Positions 55,845 to 64,000 of a stretch of 64,000 nt of DNA are shown here, piece by piece. Both the position numbers and the translations under genes were made by a program. This DNA is from Candidatus Latescibacterota bacterium. GTDB taxonomy: Bacteria > Latescibacterota > UBA2968 > GCA-2709665. The stretch spans positions 1,856,001 to 1,920,000 of the forward strand of contig OZ242358.1 of NCBI GenBank assembly GCA_965208835.1. The letters run 5' to 3'. The number at the start of each line of letters is the position of its first letter. Position 1 is the stretch's first letter. The notes under the pieces are model-generated. The model did not search any database, was not told where the DNA came from, and worked only from the letters and a program-made list of their open reading frames with translations.

Positions 55845-57851
55845 TCAGAAGCGATGCACGCTGTGGCCCCGCTCCGGGAACCAGAGGACGTCGATAAAGG
55901 CCGAGAGTGCGACGCCGAGTATATAGCCGGCGAGCAGGCCGATGAACAATGGACGGGATTTTCTGTAAACGGATGGTCCGCCCATCTTCAGCATGACCAG
56001 TTTGACCAGCCAGGCCATTAATATGGTCAGACTGGTTCGCCGGGCAAGGTACGAACCGGATATGGCCAGTCCGACGGGGTGCAGCGGCCACCAGACGAAG
56101 CGATGCCGGAGGAAGATCAGCAGAAGCGTGGCCACGCCGCCCAGGCCGAAGAACGCCACGTAGTCCGGATGTTCCCGGTAGACGGGCGGATCTGGTGGTT
56201 TTGTAAGGAAGTTCTTGACGGAAGTCGCGGTACCATCGAAATGTTTGGGCCCCGCGCGCACGATTTCCCACGAATTGAAGTTGTACGCGCCGTCCTTGTA
56301 TCCCAGTTGGATGGTGAGCACCACGCTCGCGATCCAACTTACCAGAAAGGCCAGTACGACGGCATACATGAGACGTCGACGGTCGCCGCGTACACCCTCC
56401 GCAACGCGTCCGGCGTGTGCGAGCGCGGGCAGGAAGAGCCCTTTGAAGTGGGAGGTGATCCTGGACGCGAACCGGAGGGCGACCCGTGTGCTTTCGTTGA
56501 CGGCCGATCCCCCGAGGAAGGGCTGCACGAGACCCCACGGACCGGCGGGTACATTGGTGTAGGGCATGCCGGTCTCCGCGAGAATCTTGGCCAGGCCGAC
56601 GTAGGTCAGGATGACTGCCGGAAGGAGCAGGGCCGCCAGGAGCGGATCCATACCGATTCGCCAGAGCCAGAGCCACATGAACCCGAGCCCCACGAACGCC
56701 GCGATCACCGCGGTCCGATACGAAAGCGGTTCGTCCCTGTCGTCCAGGGGATCGTGCCTGCGCCAGGCTTTACGGAGCACGTCCCTCAGGTGGCGTCTGG
56801 CGACCCAGAAGACCGAGGCGGCCAGCATGGCAAACGCGCCCTTGGTTTGCCAGTAATAGACGCCGCGGTAATAATACGGCGATATGGCCGTGAACCCCCG
56901 GCGGTGCAGCCAGCCGCCTTCGACGATGAACAGCAGGTCGAAGAACCAGATGCTGAACAGAACGTCGAGACTGGCGAAATAGGAGAAGAAAATGGTGAAC
57001 AGACCAATGAAGAAATACCCGGGCGGATGCTGGCGGTCGAGCCAGAGCCACCTGCCGCGATAGACCGGAAACCTCGGAAAGCCGGGCAGGAAATAGTTGA
57101 TGCAGTTCCAGGCGATCATCCCGAAGGCCAGCCCGAAGCCGATCCAGAACAGGTAATTCTTCGTGAAATCAGGGAGTGCGAATTTACCGCTTCCGGGTTC
57201 TTCCGCCATGTGAATCAGGGGCGCCATCGCCGGAAATGCCAGTCGTTCGTTCTGCACCCACTGTCTGCGAAAGACGACGGCCACGCAGCCGAGGACCACG
57301 AATGCAGCGACGATGAACGTGGTCCACCACAACAGCGGAAGCACCCAGGCATCCCATGGGATCTGCGCGCCTTTGGGAGCGCCTTCGAAGAACCAGGTGA
57401 CCGCCTTGTTTTCGTCTGAAGGGATCAGCCACGGATTGACATAAGGATGGAGGTAGATATGCCATTCGTTGACTTCGGTCGCGAAATAGTACGGGGATGC
57501 GATGTACCCAAGCAGATATCCGCTCAAGCCGAAGCCGGGTACAGCGGCGCCGACGACGCCCATGGCCAGAATGGTGTGCCATTCCGCGGGTGAAAGCTTC
57601 CACCGGGAAAAACGCGCGATGAGCGCGCCTGCCATGATCATCAGCGTGAACACGATGAGCATGGCCATCGGTACGTGGCTGTACGTCATCAGCGAGCCGT
57701 GCACCACGTACCTGAGATGGATCGCCAGGGCGTCGAGACCGAGGACCAGAACCAGGCCGGAAACCACGGATCGGACCGTGACGCCGCTGGCCGATTTTGC
57801 GAAGGCTGCATCCGTTTCGGCAGTTTCTGCTGTTCGTTCAGGGCTGGCCAT
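55845..57851 (-). CDS. DUF6785/DUF6784-like polytopic membrane protein (668 aa)
   Basis: QWVQNERLAFP, WWPLHPVG and PLFIGL; many TM helices. Confidence 0.78.
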   Translation of the reverse strand: MASPERTAETAETDAAFAKSASGVTVRSVVSGLVLVLGLDALAIHLRYVVHGSLMTYSHVPMAMLIVFTLMIMAGALIARFSRWKLSPAEWHTILAMGVVGAAVPGFGLSGYLLGYIASPYYFATEVNEWHIYLHPYVNPWLIPSDENKAVTWFFEGAPKGAQIPWDAWVLPLLWWTTFIVAAFVVLGCVAVVFRRQWVQNERLAFPAMAPLIHMAEEPGSGKFALPDFTKNYLFWIGFGLAFGMIAWNCINYFLPGFPRFPVYRGRWLWLDRQHPPGYFFIGLFTIFFSYFASLDVLFSIWFFDLLFIVEGGWLHRRGFTAISPYYYRGVYYWQTKGAFAMLAASVFWVARRHLRDVLRKAWRRHDPLDDRDEPLSYRTAVIAAFVGLGFMWLWLWRIGMDPLLAALLLPAVILTYVGLAKILAETGMPYTNVPAGPWGLVQPFLGGSAVNESTRVALRFASRITSHFKGLFLPALAHAGRVAEGVRGDRRRLMYAVVLAFLVSWIASVVLTIQLGYKDGAYNFNSWEIVRAGPKHFDGTATSVKNFLTKPPDPPVYREHPDYVAFFGLGGVATLLLIFLRHRFVWWPLHPVGLAISGSYLARRTSLTILMAWLVKLVMLKMGGPSVYRKSRPLFIGLLAGYILGVALSAFIDVLWFPERGHSVHRF

Positions 57852-58025
57852 GGTTCGGCTTCGGAAAATACAGGGTGGGCGCGTATGTGGAAAGGTGGCG
57901 TTTCGGCCGGATGTTCAGCCTCGATCTGCACGGGAAACCGGTCAGACGTTGGTGCAGATTCAATGTTTGCGGATTTTCCGGATCCGGCGGCCCGGTCCTG
58001 CCCCTCGCAGCCAATCCCAACTATC

Positions 58026-58054
58026 TTGACATCCGCGGGTGGTTTTGTTAGATT
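58026..58054 (+). promoter_or_regulatory. Sigma70 promoter of tRNA-Phe
   Basis: TTGACA-N17-TAGATT. Confidence 0.7.
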
Positions 58055-58103
58055 TTCGCCTTTGTCGCACAGACGGGAACGATGCATTCTCCCGTGGAAT
58101 GGA

Positions 58104-58179
<76 letters not shown>

Positions 58180-58283
58180 TTTGTTTTCGTAAAATCGTCC
58201 GACCGAACTTACACCTGCCTTCGAACCGCGGGTCGCCGGTTCGGCATGGAAACGAAACGCCTCAACGGCGCCGGAGCAAGACG

Positions 58284-58475
58284 ATGGCCGTTCCCGAACT
58301 CATAGTCAGTCGCGACCGCCTGATTGAACTGGTACAGGATGGACGGACACCCGAACAGATTGCCGGGATGTTTCGCGTGGACACCGCCATTATTCGCGAA
58401 ATGATCCGTCGACTCGAGCAGAACGGGTACTACGACCTGCTTTACGGGCCGGCGGTCGATCGGACAGCGGAATGA
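58284..58475 (+). CDS. Small (63 aa) helix-turn-helix-like protein
   Basis: GGAG RBS; LIELVQDGRTPEQIAGMFRVD..IIREMIRRL HTH pattern. Confidence 0.6.
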   Translation: MAVPELIVSRDRLIELVQDGRTPEQIAGMFRVDTAIIREMIRRLEQNGYYDLLYGPAVDRTAE

Positions 58476-58526
58476 CTCCCTGACCGGCTGCAAGAATCGC
58501 TTCAGGAATCCAGAGTGATATATATG

Positions 58527-58561
58527 AGAAGGCGTCCGTCGGCCCGACGGACGCCTTCTTT
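58527..58561. terminator. Bidirectional terminator hairpin between convergent genes
   Basis: AGAAGGCGTCCGTCG-GCC-CGACGGACGCCTTCT. Confidence 0.75.
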
Positions 58562-58581
58562 ATGATTCAAACGGCAGAATA

Positions 58582-59370
58582 TCAGTTGCTCAGTTCTTCA
58601 ATATCCAGCCCTTCGATCCGGCCCTCCTGAATGTCGATTTCGTCCCGCCTGCGTACCAGTTCCACCTGTCCGTCGCGCAGGTCCACGACCCGGTCGGATG
58701 CAACCAGCATCTTGTGGTCGTGCGTGTTGGTGACGATGGTGACGCCGCTGTCGGACTGGAGTCTCTGCAGCAACTCGATGATTTCCTGGCCGGTCTTGAG
58801 GTCCAGGTTGCCCGTCGGCTCATCCGCCAGTACCAGGTCCGGATCATTCGCGATGGCGCGGGCGATCGCCACGCGTTGCTGCTGGCCTCCCGAGAGTTCG
58901 TAGGGGTTGTGCTTCAGGCGTTCGCCCAGACCCACCTGCGTGAGTTTGTGAGCGGCCTTGTCTTCGTATTCCGACTTTTTCATTCCCGAGAAAACCATGG
59001 GAAGCGCGACGTTTTCCAGGGCGGTCATCACAGGGATCAGGTTGAAGCTCTGGAAAATATAACCGATATTGTGACAGCGGAGATAGGCGATCTGCGCCTG
59101 GCTCAGGCTGCCCATTTCGATCGCATTGACGACGACCGTTCCCCTGGAGGGGCGATCCAGGGCGCCAACCATGTTGAAAAGCGTTGTCTTTCCCGAGCCA
59201 GAGGGACCCATAATTGAGAGGTACTCGCCCCGTATAACATTCAGGGAGACGCCGCGAAGCGCGTGGACTTCCTGGTCTCCCATTGAATAGGTTTTCCAAA
59301 CGTCATGCACCTCGATGATGTGATCTTCATTCTCCGGACTCGCGGATCGGGCATTGGGCGCCGACGCCAT
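58582..59370 (-). CDS. ABC transporter ATP-binding protein (LolD/MacB-type)
   Basis: GPSGSGKT, IGYIFQSFNL, LSGGQQQRV, LADEPTGNLD and TH. Confidence 0.95.
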   Translation of the reverse strand: MASAPNARSASPENEDHIIEVHDVWKTYSMGDQEVHALRGVSLNVIRGEYLSIMGPSGSGKTTLFNMVGALDRPSRGTVVVNAIEMGSLSQAQIAYLRCHNIGYIFQSFNLIPVMTALENVALPMVFSGMKKSEYEDKAAHKLTQVGLGERLKHNPYELSGGQQQRVAIARAIANDPDLVLADEPTGNLDLKTGQEIIELLQRLQSDSGVTIVTNTHDHKMLVASDRVVDLRDGQVELVRRRDEIDIQEGRIEGLDIEELSN

Positions 59371-59410
59371 AACGGCTTCTCCTGTACGTTTTCCTTGGAA
59401 TTTGAAGATA

Positions 59411-59447
59411 GCCCGATTATGTTAGAGAATATCGGGCCTTCTGTCAA
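59411..59447 (-). promoter_or_regulatory. Sigma70 promoter of the ABC ATPase with overlapping inverted repeat
   Basis: TTGACA-N17-TAACAT; GCCCGAT-N13-ATCGGGC spans the -10 element. Confidence 0.55.
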
Positions 59448-59531
59448 GGATTTTGTCAGCGCCGAACTGTTGCGGAATCCGGCCCGGCCGTGGCGCCCCG
59501 TTTGTGTTCCCGAACCCTGGAGGTATCGGCT

Positions 59532-60359
59532 ATGAAACTTGCGGTCTGCAACGAGTTTTTCGAAGGCTGGGAGATCGAGCGGGTATTCGACTATGCCGCG
59601 CGGATCGGATGCGACGGGGTGGAGATCGCGCCGTTCACCCTGGCGGAGAGCGTCAACGACATTTCATCGGGCAGTCGACGGGACATCAGACAGGCGGCGG
59701 AAGCGGCGGGGGTGGAGATCGTGGGGCTGCACTGGCTGCTCGTAAAGCCCGCGGGTCTGTATATCAACCATCCGGACGGCCGGGTGCGGCAACGCACGCA
59801 GGATTACGTGAAGGCGCTGATCGATTTCTGCGGCGACCTCGGGGGACGCGTGATGATTCACGGCTCTCCCCAACAGCGGAACATCCAGGAGGGGTGGAAC
59901 GCGGACGACTGTTTTGCCCGCGCCGCCGAGTTGTTTGCCGGGTGCGTCGATCTGATGGCCCAGAGAGACGTTACCTATTGCATCGAGCCGCTTACGAATC
60001 AGGAGACCAATTTCGTGACCAGTGTGGCCGAAGCGCTGAAGCTGGTCAAAGCCGTCGGGCATCCGAATTTTCAGACCATGGTGGACTGTCGCGCCGCATC
60101 CGCCGAGGCCGGGTCCCATTCCGAGGTTATCGTCCAGGCGAGAGGAGCGATGCGGCACGTTCACGTAAACGACCCCAATCTGCGGGGACCCGGATTTGGA
60201 GAGCTTCGTTTCGCCCCCATTCTGAAGACGCTCAGTGAATTGCGCTACAGCGGATATGTATCGGTTGAAGTGTTCGATTTCGAACCCGACCCGGAGACGA
60301 TCGCCGCACGAAGCATCGGCTACCTGAAGGGGATTCTCGAGGGTCTGGCCGAGGGTTGA
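59532..60359 (+). CDS. Sugar phosphate isomerase/epimerase (ketose 3-epimerase-like TIM barrel)
   Basis: GVEIAP, IEPL...ET, D, HVHVND, PGFG and SVEVF. Confidence 0.85.
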   Translation: MKLAVCNEFFEGWEIERVFDYAARIGCDGVEIAPFTLAESVNDISSGSRRDIRQAAEAAGVEIVGLHWLLVKPAGLYINHPDGRVRQRTQDYVKALIDFCGDLGGRVMIHGSPQQRNIQEGWNADDCFARAAELFAGCVDLMAQRDVTYCIEPLTNQETNFVTSVAEALKLVKAVGHPNFQTMVDCRAASAEAGSHSEVIVQARGAMRHVHVNDPNLRGPGFGELRFAPILKTLSELRYSGYVSVEVFDFEPDPETIAARSIGYLKGILEGLAEG

Positions 60360-60412
60360 GACGCGAGGGCTTCCGCGGGACCGGCGATCGGTTCCGGTGA
60401 TGTCTGCCGGAA

Positions 60413-61849
60413 TCAGAACTCGTCCGTGTCGTCAGGCCCGATCGGCGTCAGGCGAAGTACGGTACCTGGATTGTTCAAAACGACGTAGATGGCGCCGTCG
60501 GGTCCGCTCGCAACGTCGCGCACGCGACCGGCATTCTTGAGAATGGTTTCCTGGTAGATTACGCGGTCGTTCTCAATTGTGAGGAGACGGACCTCCTCAA
60601 ACGCGAGGGCGCCCACGAGCAGCCGGTTCTTCCACCGGGGGAAGAGGGCGCCGCGATAGAAGTCGATGCCGCAGACGGCGATGGAGGGCCGCCAGAACAG
60701 GACGGGCTGTTCCAGGCCCGGCTTGCGTTCGAACTCCGAGACGAGGGTCCCGTTGTAGTTCCGGCCATAGGAGATCGTCGGCCAGCCGTAGTTGATCCCG
60801 GCCCGGATCAGATTGATCTCATCTCCGCCCATCGGTCCGTGCTCGCTCTCCCATAAATCGTCTGTAACAGGGTGCACGGCCAGGCCCTGCGGGTTTCGCT
60901 GGCCAAAGCTGTAGATGCTAGGAAGCGCGCCTTTCCGTTCCAGGAAGGGGTTGTCGTGGGGAATCCGGCCGTCCCGGTGGATGCGGTGGATTTTGCCGCC
61001 GGGGTGTCCCAGGTCTTGTGCGTACCGGGGAATTCCCCGGTCCCCGACGGGGAAATAGAGATACCCCGCACGATCGAAAACGATGCGGCATCCGTAATGG
61101 TGGCGGGTTCGGCCATAGGTCTCGTGCGGCGCTTCGTAGATGACCTGCTGATCGGTCCAGGCGTTGTTCTTCAGCCGCCCCCGTACAAGGCGCGTCATTG
61201 CGGGCGGGCGGTCGCTGCCGGCCGTGTCGCTGAGCGCGTGGCTGTAAGACAGGTAGATCCAGCCGTTTTCCTGATAGGCGGGATCGATGGCCGCGTCCAT
61301 CAGGCCGCCTTGCCCCTGGTGCAGAACGGTTGGCGTATCTGAAACGGGATCGGGCTGCAGTTCGCCGTTCTTCACCACGCGAAGCCTCCCGGGTCGCTCG
61401 GTGATGAGTGCCGTGGCGGCATCCGGGAACGCGATCGACCAGGGGAGCCGGAGACCCTCAACCCAGCGTTCGACGCGGATGGGATAGTCGTAGGTGTCGA
61501 GTGTGTCGGGGATGGGCGGTTTTGTGGCGCCCGCGGTTTTTTCGGCCGCCCGGATGTATGCGGAGATGGCGTTGATCTGGGTCCGCGTGAGCGCTTCTCC
61601 GAACGCCGGCATCCCCTGCTGGACGATACCGAACATGATGTTGCGGGCGATGTTTCCGCGTCCGCCGTAAATCCAGACGCCGTCGATCAGACTCGGCGCC
61701 GTGACGCCCTCCAGGTTCTGCCCGTGACAGGTCGCGCAATACTGGCCATAGAGTGCGCGGCCGTCCGTCGATGGTTCGCCGGCAGCGGGAAGCGGGCCGC
61801 AAAGGGCGGACAGGGCGTATAACAGGTAGCCGGCCGGCAATCGTGCCAT
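60413..61849 (-). CDS. Cytochrome c domain + PQQ-dependent sugar dehydrogenase (GSDH) fusion
   Basis: CATCHG..MPAF, then ITERPGRL, GQGGLMD, RNPQG, EHGP.GGDE.N and NYGWP. Confidence 0.9.
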   Translation of the reverse strand: MARLPAGYLLYALSALCGPLPAAGEPSTDGRALYGQYCATCHGQNLEGVTAPSLIDGVWIYGGRGNIARNIMFGIVQQGMPAFGEALTRTQINAISAYIRAAEKTAGATKPPIPDTLDTYDYPIRVERWVEGLRLPWSIAFPDAATALITERPGRLRVVKNGELQPDPVSDTPTVLHQGQGGLMDAAIDPAYQENGWIYLSYSHALSDTAGSDRPPAMTRLVRGRLKNNAWTDQQVIYEAPHETYGRTRHHYGCRIVFDRAGYLYFPVGDRGIPRYAQDLGHPGGKIHRIHRDGRIPHDNPFLERKGALPSIYSFGQRNPQGLAVHPVTDDLWESEHGPMGGDEINLIRAGINYGWPTISYGRNYNGTLVSEFERKPGLEQPVLFWRPSIAVCGIDFYRGALFPRWKNRLLVGALAFEEVRLLTIENDRVIYQETILKNAGRVRDVASGPDGAIYVVLNNPGTVLRLTPIGPDDTDEF

Positions 61850-61933
61850 AAAACCTCCTGATTGCGCGTCGAAGCAAGTTCGCGGGAATGTGCGAGTCTT
61901 GCTGACATCGCGCGACGAACGAACAACACTCCA

Positions 61934-62974
61934 ATGAATCCAATGGCGGAAGTACCGGTACAACCCGTAGACACTGCCGTAATCGGACCCGGCAGAATGG
62001 GCGGGCTCTATGCCCGAATCCTCGATCAGTCGGCACTGACGAGGCTGGTGGCCGTATGCGGCGAGGGGGATGTCACCGCCCGAAACGTGGCGATGGCGTT
62101 GGATGTGCCGTTCTATACCGGCGCCCGTTACTGCGACATGCTCGCCGACCACCCGCAGATTGAAGCGGTCGTCGTTGCCACGTCGGAGTGGGCGCACGCC
62201 GGCCCGGTTGGCGCCTGCCTGGAATCCGGGAAGCATGTCCTGGTTGAAAAGCCGATGGCGACGTCTCCTTCAGACGCGGTCCGGATGGTTCGCGAGGCGG
62301 ACCGGGCCGGCGTGCATCTCATGGTATGTCACAGCCTGCGTTTCGACCCCCGTTTCGCCTCGATGCGGCAGGCCGTCGCCCGCGGGGACATCGGCGAGGT
62401 CCTCCACACGTACAGCCGCAGGACATCGCAGCCCGAAGCCGCGGACAGGGTACTCGGCCGTTTTCCCCTGGCATACTGGTTGCTCCCCCACGACATCGAT
62501 CTGGCGCTGTGGACGTCCGGAAGCGCGGTCGATCGGGTCAGGGCCTACGCCCGGTCCGGTGGCAGCCGCCGGCAGGATCTCATCGTCGTCGTGCTGACCT
62601 TCGAATGCGGTGCGCTCGCGGTCCTCGAAAACGTATGGGGTTCGCCGACACGGTCAGGACGGCCGCAGAACCAGCTGTTCACCATACGCGGCACGACCGG
62701 TGCGGTGGAGGTGCTTCCGTACGAAACCGGCGTTGCTGTTTACCGCGGCGCCGATGTCGCGTATCCGGACACATCCGTCGCGCCGGATGTCCACGGCCAG
62801 ACGGTGGGCATGTCGCGCTCGCTGATCCGTCACTTCGCGGGCGTGGTTCGCGACCTGTGGAAGCCGCTGATCACGCCGGGGGACGGGCTGGCGGTGGTTC
62901 AAGTGGCATCCGCCGTCGACGCGTCACTGAAGCAGGGCCGCGAAATCACCATGTCAACGATGAGGGACGTATGA
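61934..62974 (+). CDS. Gfo/Idh/MocA family oxidoreductase
   Basis: IGPGRMG, GKHVLVEKP, RFDP and HDID. Confidence 0.9.
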   Translation: MNPMAEVPVQPVDTAVIGPGRMGGLYARILDQSALTRLVAVCGEGDVTARNVAMALDVPFYTGARYCDMLADHPQIEAVVVATSEWAHAGPVGACLESGKHVLVEKPMATSPSDAVRMVREADRAGVHLMVCHSLRFDPRFASMRQAVARGDIGEVLHTYSRRTSQPEAADRVLGRFPLAYWLLPHDIDLALWTSGSAVDRVRAYARSGGSRRQDLIVVVLTFECGALAVLENVWGSPTRSGRPQNQLFTIRGTTGAVEVLPYETGVAVYRGADVAYPDTSVAPDVHGQTVGMSRSLIRHFAGVVRDLWKPLITPGDGLAVVQVASAVDASLKQGREITMSTMRDV

Positions 62975-63354
62975 TCCGATCGATCGAGCATATCGCGATT
63001 GCAGCTGCCGATTCCGGAACGCTCGCCAGGTGGTACTGCGACATCCTCGGCTTTGAGATGATCCTTGAAAACGAAGATAGCCGGACGTATTTCGTGCGCC
63101 TGCCGGGAGGAGGTATTCTGGAATTCCTGCCGTCAAACGACCGGGCGCCCGTGGTCTGCGCCGCCGACGACGCGGGCATACGGCACATCGCGCTGAAGGT
63201 GGATGACTTCGATTCGGCGTGCAGGACGCTGGAAGAACGCGGCGCCGCATTTGTGGGGCCGTATCGGGAGACGCCCGCAGGGACGCGATTCAACTTCGTT
63301 GCGGATCCGGAAGGCAATCTGCTGCAGATTGTCTACCGGCCGGAGCCATTATGA
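62971..63354 (+). CDS. VOC/glyoxalase family protein
   Basis: IEHIAI..WYCDILGF, GIRHIAL.VDD and DPEGNLLQI; 4-bp overlap with the upstream stop. Confidence 0.88.
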   Translation: MIRSIEHIAIAAADSGTLARWYCDILGFEMILENEDSRTYFVRLPGGGILEFLPSNDRAPVVCAADDAGIRHIALKVDDFDSACRTLEERGAAFVGPYRETPAGTRFNFVADPEGNLLQIVYRPEPL

Positions 63355-63411
63355 CCCGAGGTCTCCCCCTATTCGCGGAGGTGCCTGATCCACAGCGGGG
63401 CCGACGTCGCT

Positions 63412-64000
63412 CTACCGCTGGTATCTCGGCTCCCGCGGCGGCCTGTCTCTCTGCAGGCGGTACCCGCTGCCGCTGATTGGCAGCGTCACCCTTGCCCCGC
63501 CCAGGACGTGCGACTCGACAAACGCAAAGATGAGCTCGGTATTGGCGCGCGCGATCCTGACGCCGCCGCGCGGCGGTTCTCCGGTGTCCAGCGACCGGAC
63601 GAGGTCTTCGATCAGCCTGACGGTTGAGCTGGCCCGCTCGAATGCCGGGAATTCCCCCGGCACCAGCACGGACCGGCCGCGATGGTCCCGGGCGCCGTGT
63701 TCGCGCACGTGCCACTCGTTGCCGTTTCGCATGCCCGTGACCACGCCCGCGTCGCCCACCGCCTCCACTTCCATGCCCCGCCCTGAATTGAGCGCGTACG
63801 CGGTGACGCCGTTCTCAAACTGCAGGATCCCGTGTCCGACCGGGTCCTCGGTCAGGCGTTGGCCGTCGATAATCCGGTCTCCGTTCGGAAGATGGGCCTG
63901 GACCCACGCGACGGGACTGTCGCTGTTGAGTCTCATCAGCAGGTCGAAGCTGTGGCTGGCGCCATTGAACAGCGGGCCGGTCTGATGCACGATCAGCGAC
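63412..64000 (-). CDS. Gfo/Idh/MocA-type oxidoreductase, C-terminal part (5' end outside the window)
   Basis: SHSFDL, GILQFENGV, A..ELIFA..ES...G.RV.LP C-terminal pattern. Confidence 0.65.
   Translation of the reverse strand, partial: SLIVHQTGPLFNGASHSFDLLMRLNSDSPVAWVQAHLPNGDRIIDGQRLTEDPVGHGILQFENGVTAYALNSGRGMEVEAVGDAGVVTGMRNGNEWHVREHGARDHRGRSVLVPGEFPAFERASSTVRLIEDLVRSLDTGEPPRGGVRIARANTELIFAFVESHVLGGARVTLPISGSGYRLQRDRPPREPRYQR

Noticed and set aside
55750-56676. N-terminal 309 aa of the 1820-aa ORF-track frame
   Set aside because: It overlaps the DUF6785-like gene in another frame and has low-complexity R/P/G composition; a signal/TM segment begins at ATG 55749.
60413-61849. Cytochrome c-GSDH fusion as a novel architecture
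   Set aside because: This fusion is a commonly seen architecture; annotated as a feature only.

Overview
High-GC bacterial chromosome segment with about 60 genes. Housekeeping blocks alternate with accessory catabolic genes, and I see no CRISPR array, rRNA, prophage or intact transposase. The gene repertoire (DUF6785-like membrane proteins, several PhyH dioxygenases, Gfo/Idh/MocA enzymes, a DFDGDGxVGFxDFLLF EF-hand repeat, BMC shell genes) resembles Latescibacterota/Poribacteria-type bacteria; this is inference only. Core genes: mqnE-mqnC-mqnA, recN, nadK, xseAB, ymdB, rny, zapA, zapB-like, rplT, rpmI, infC (ATC start), thrS, queE, hisN-like, dapF-like and tRNA-Phe. Top observation: an operon encoding a 2-domain BMC shell protein, a 4-domain BMC shell protein (2+4 = 6 different domains, a possible fully asymmetric pseudo-hexamer) and a DapA-family aldolase with BMC-type terminal extensions. 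Also notable: (1) an uncharacterised membrane system of DUF6785, a 1511-aa FtsX/degenerate-M28 protein, an OPT-like transporter with an apparently circularly permuted FN3/Ig insert, and a nearby ABC ATPase; (2) a sigma-70-family gene with a perfect 22-bp SOS-box-like palindrome in its promoter spacer; (3) a secreted EF-hand/cytochrome c/copper monooxygenase fusion; (4) a Ser/Ser DapF; (5) several promoter-linked structured RNA candidates; (6) four families of MITE-like or dispersed repeats. All product calls come from motif recognition by eye; no database searches were run.
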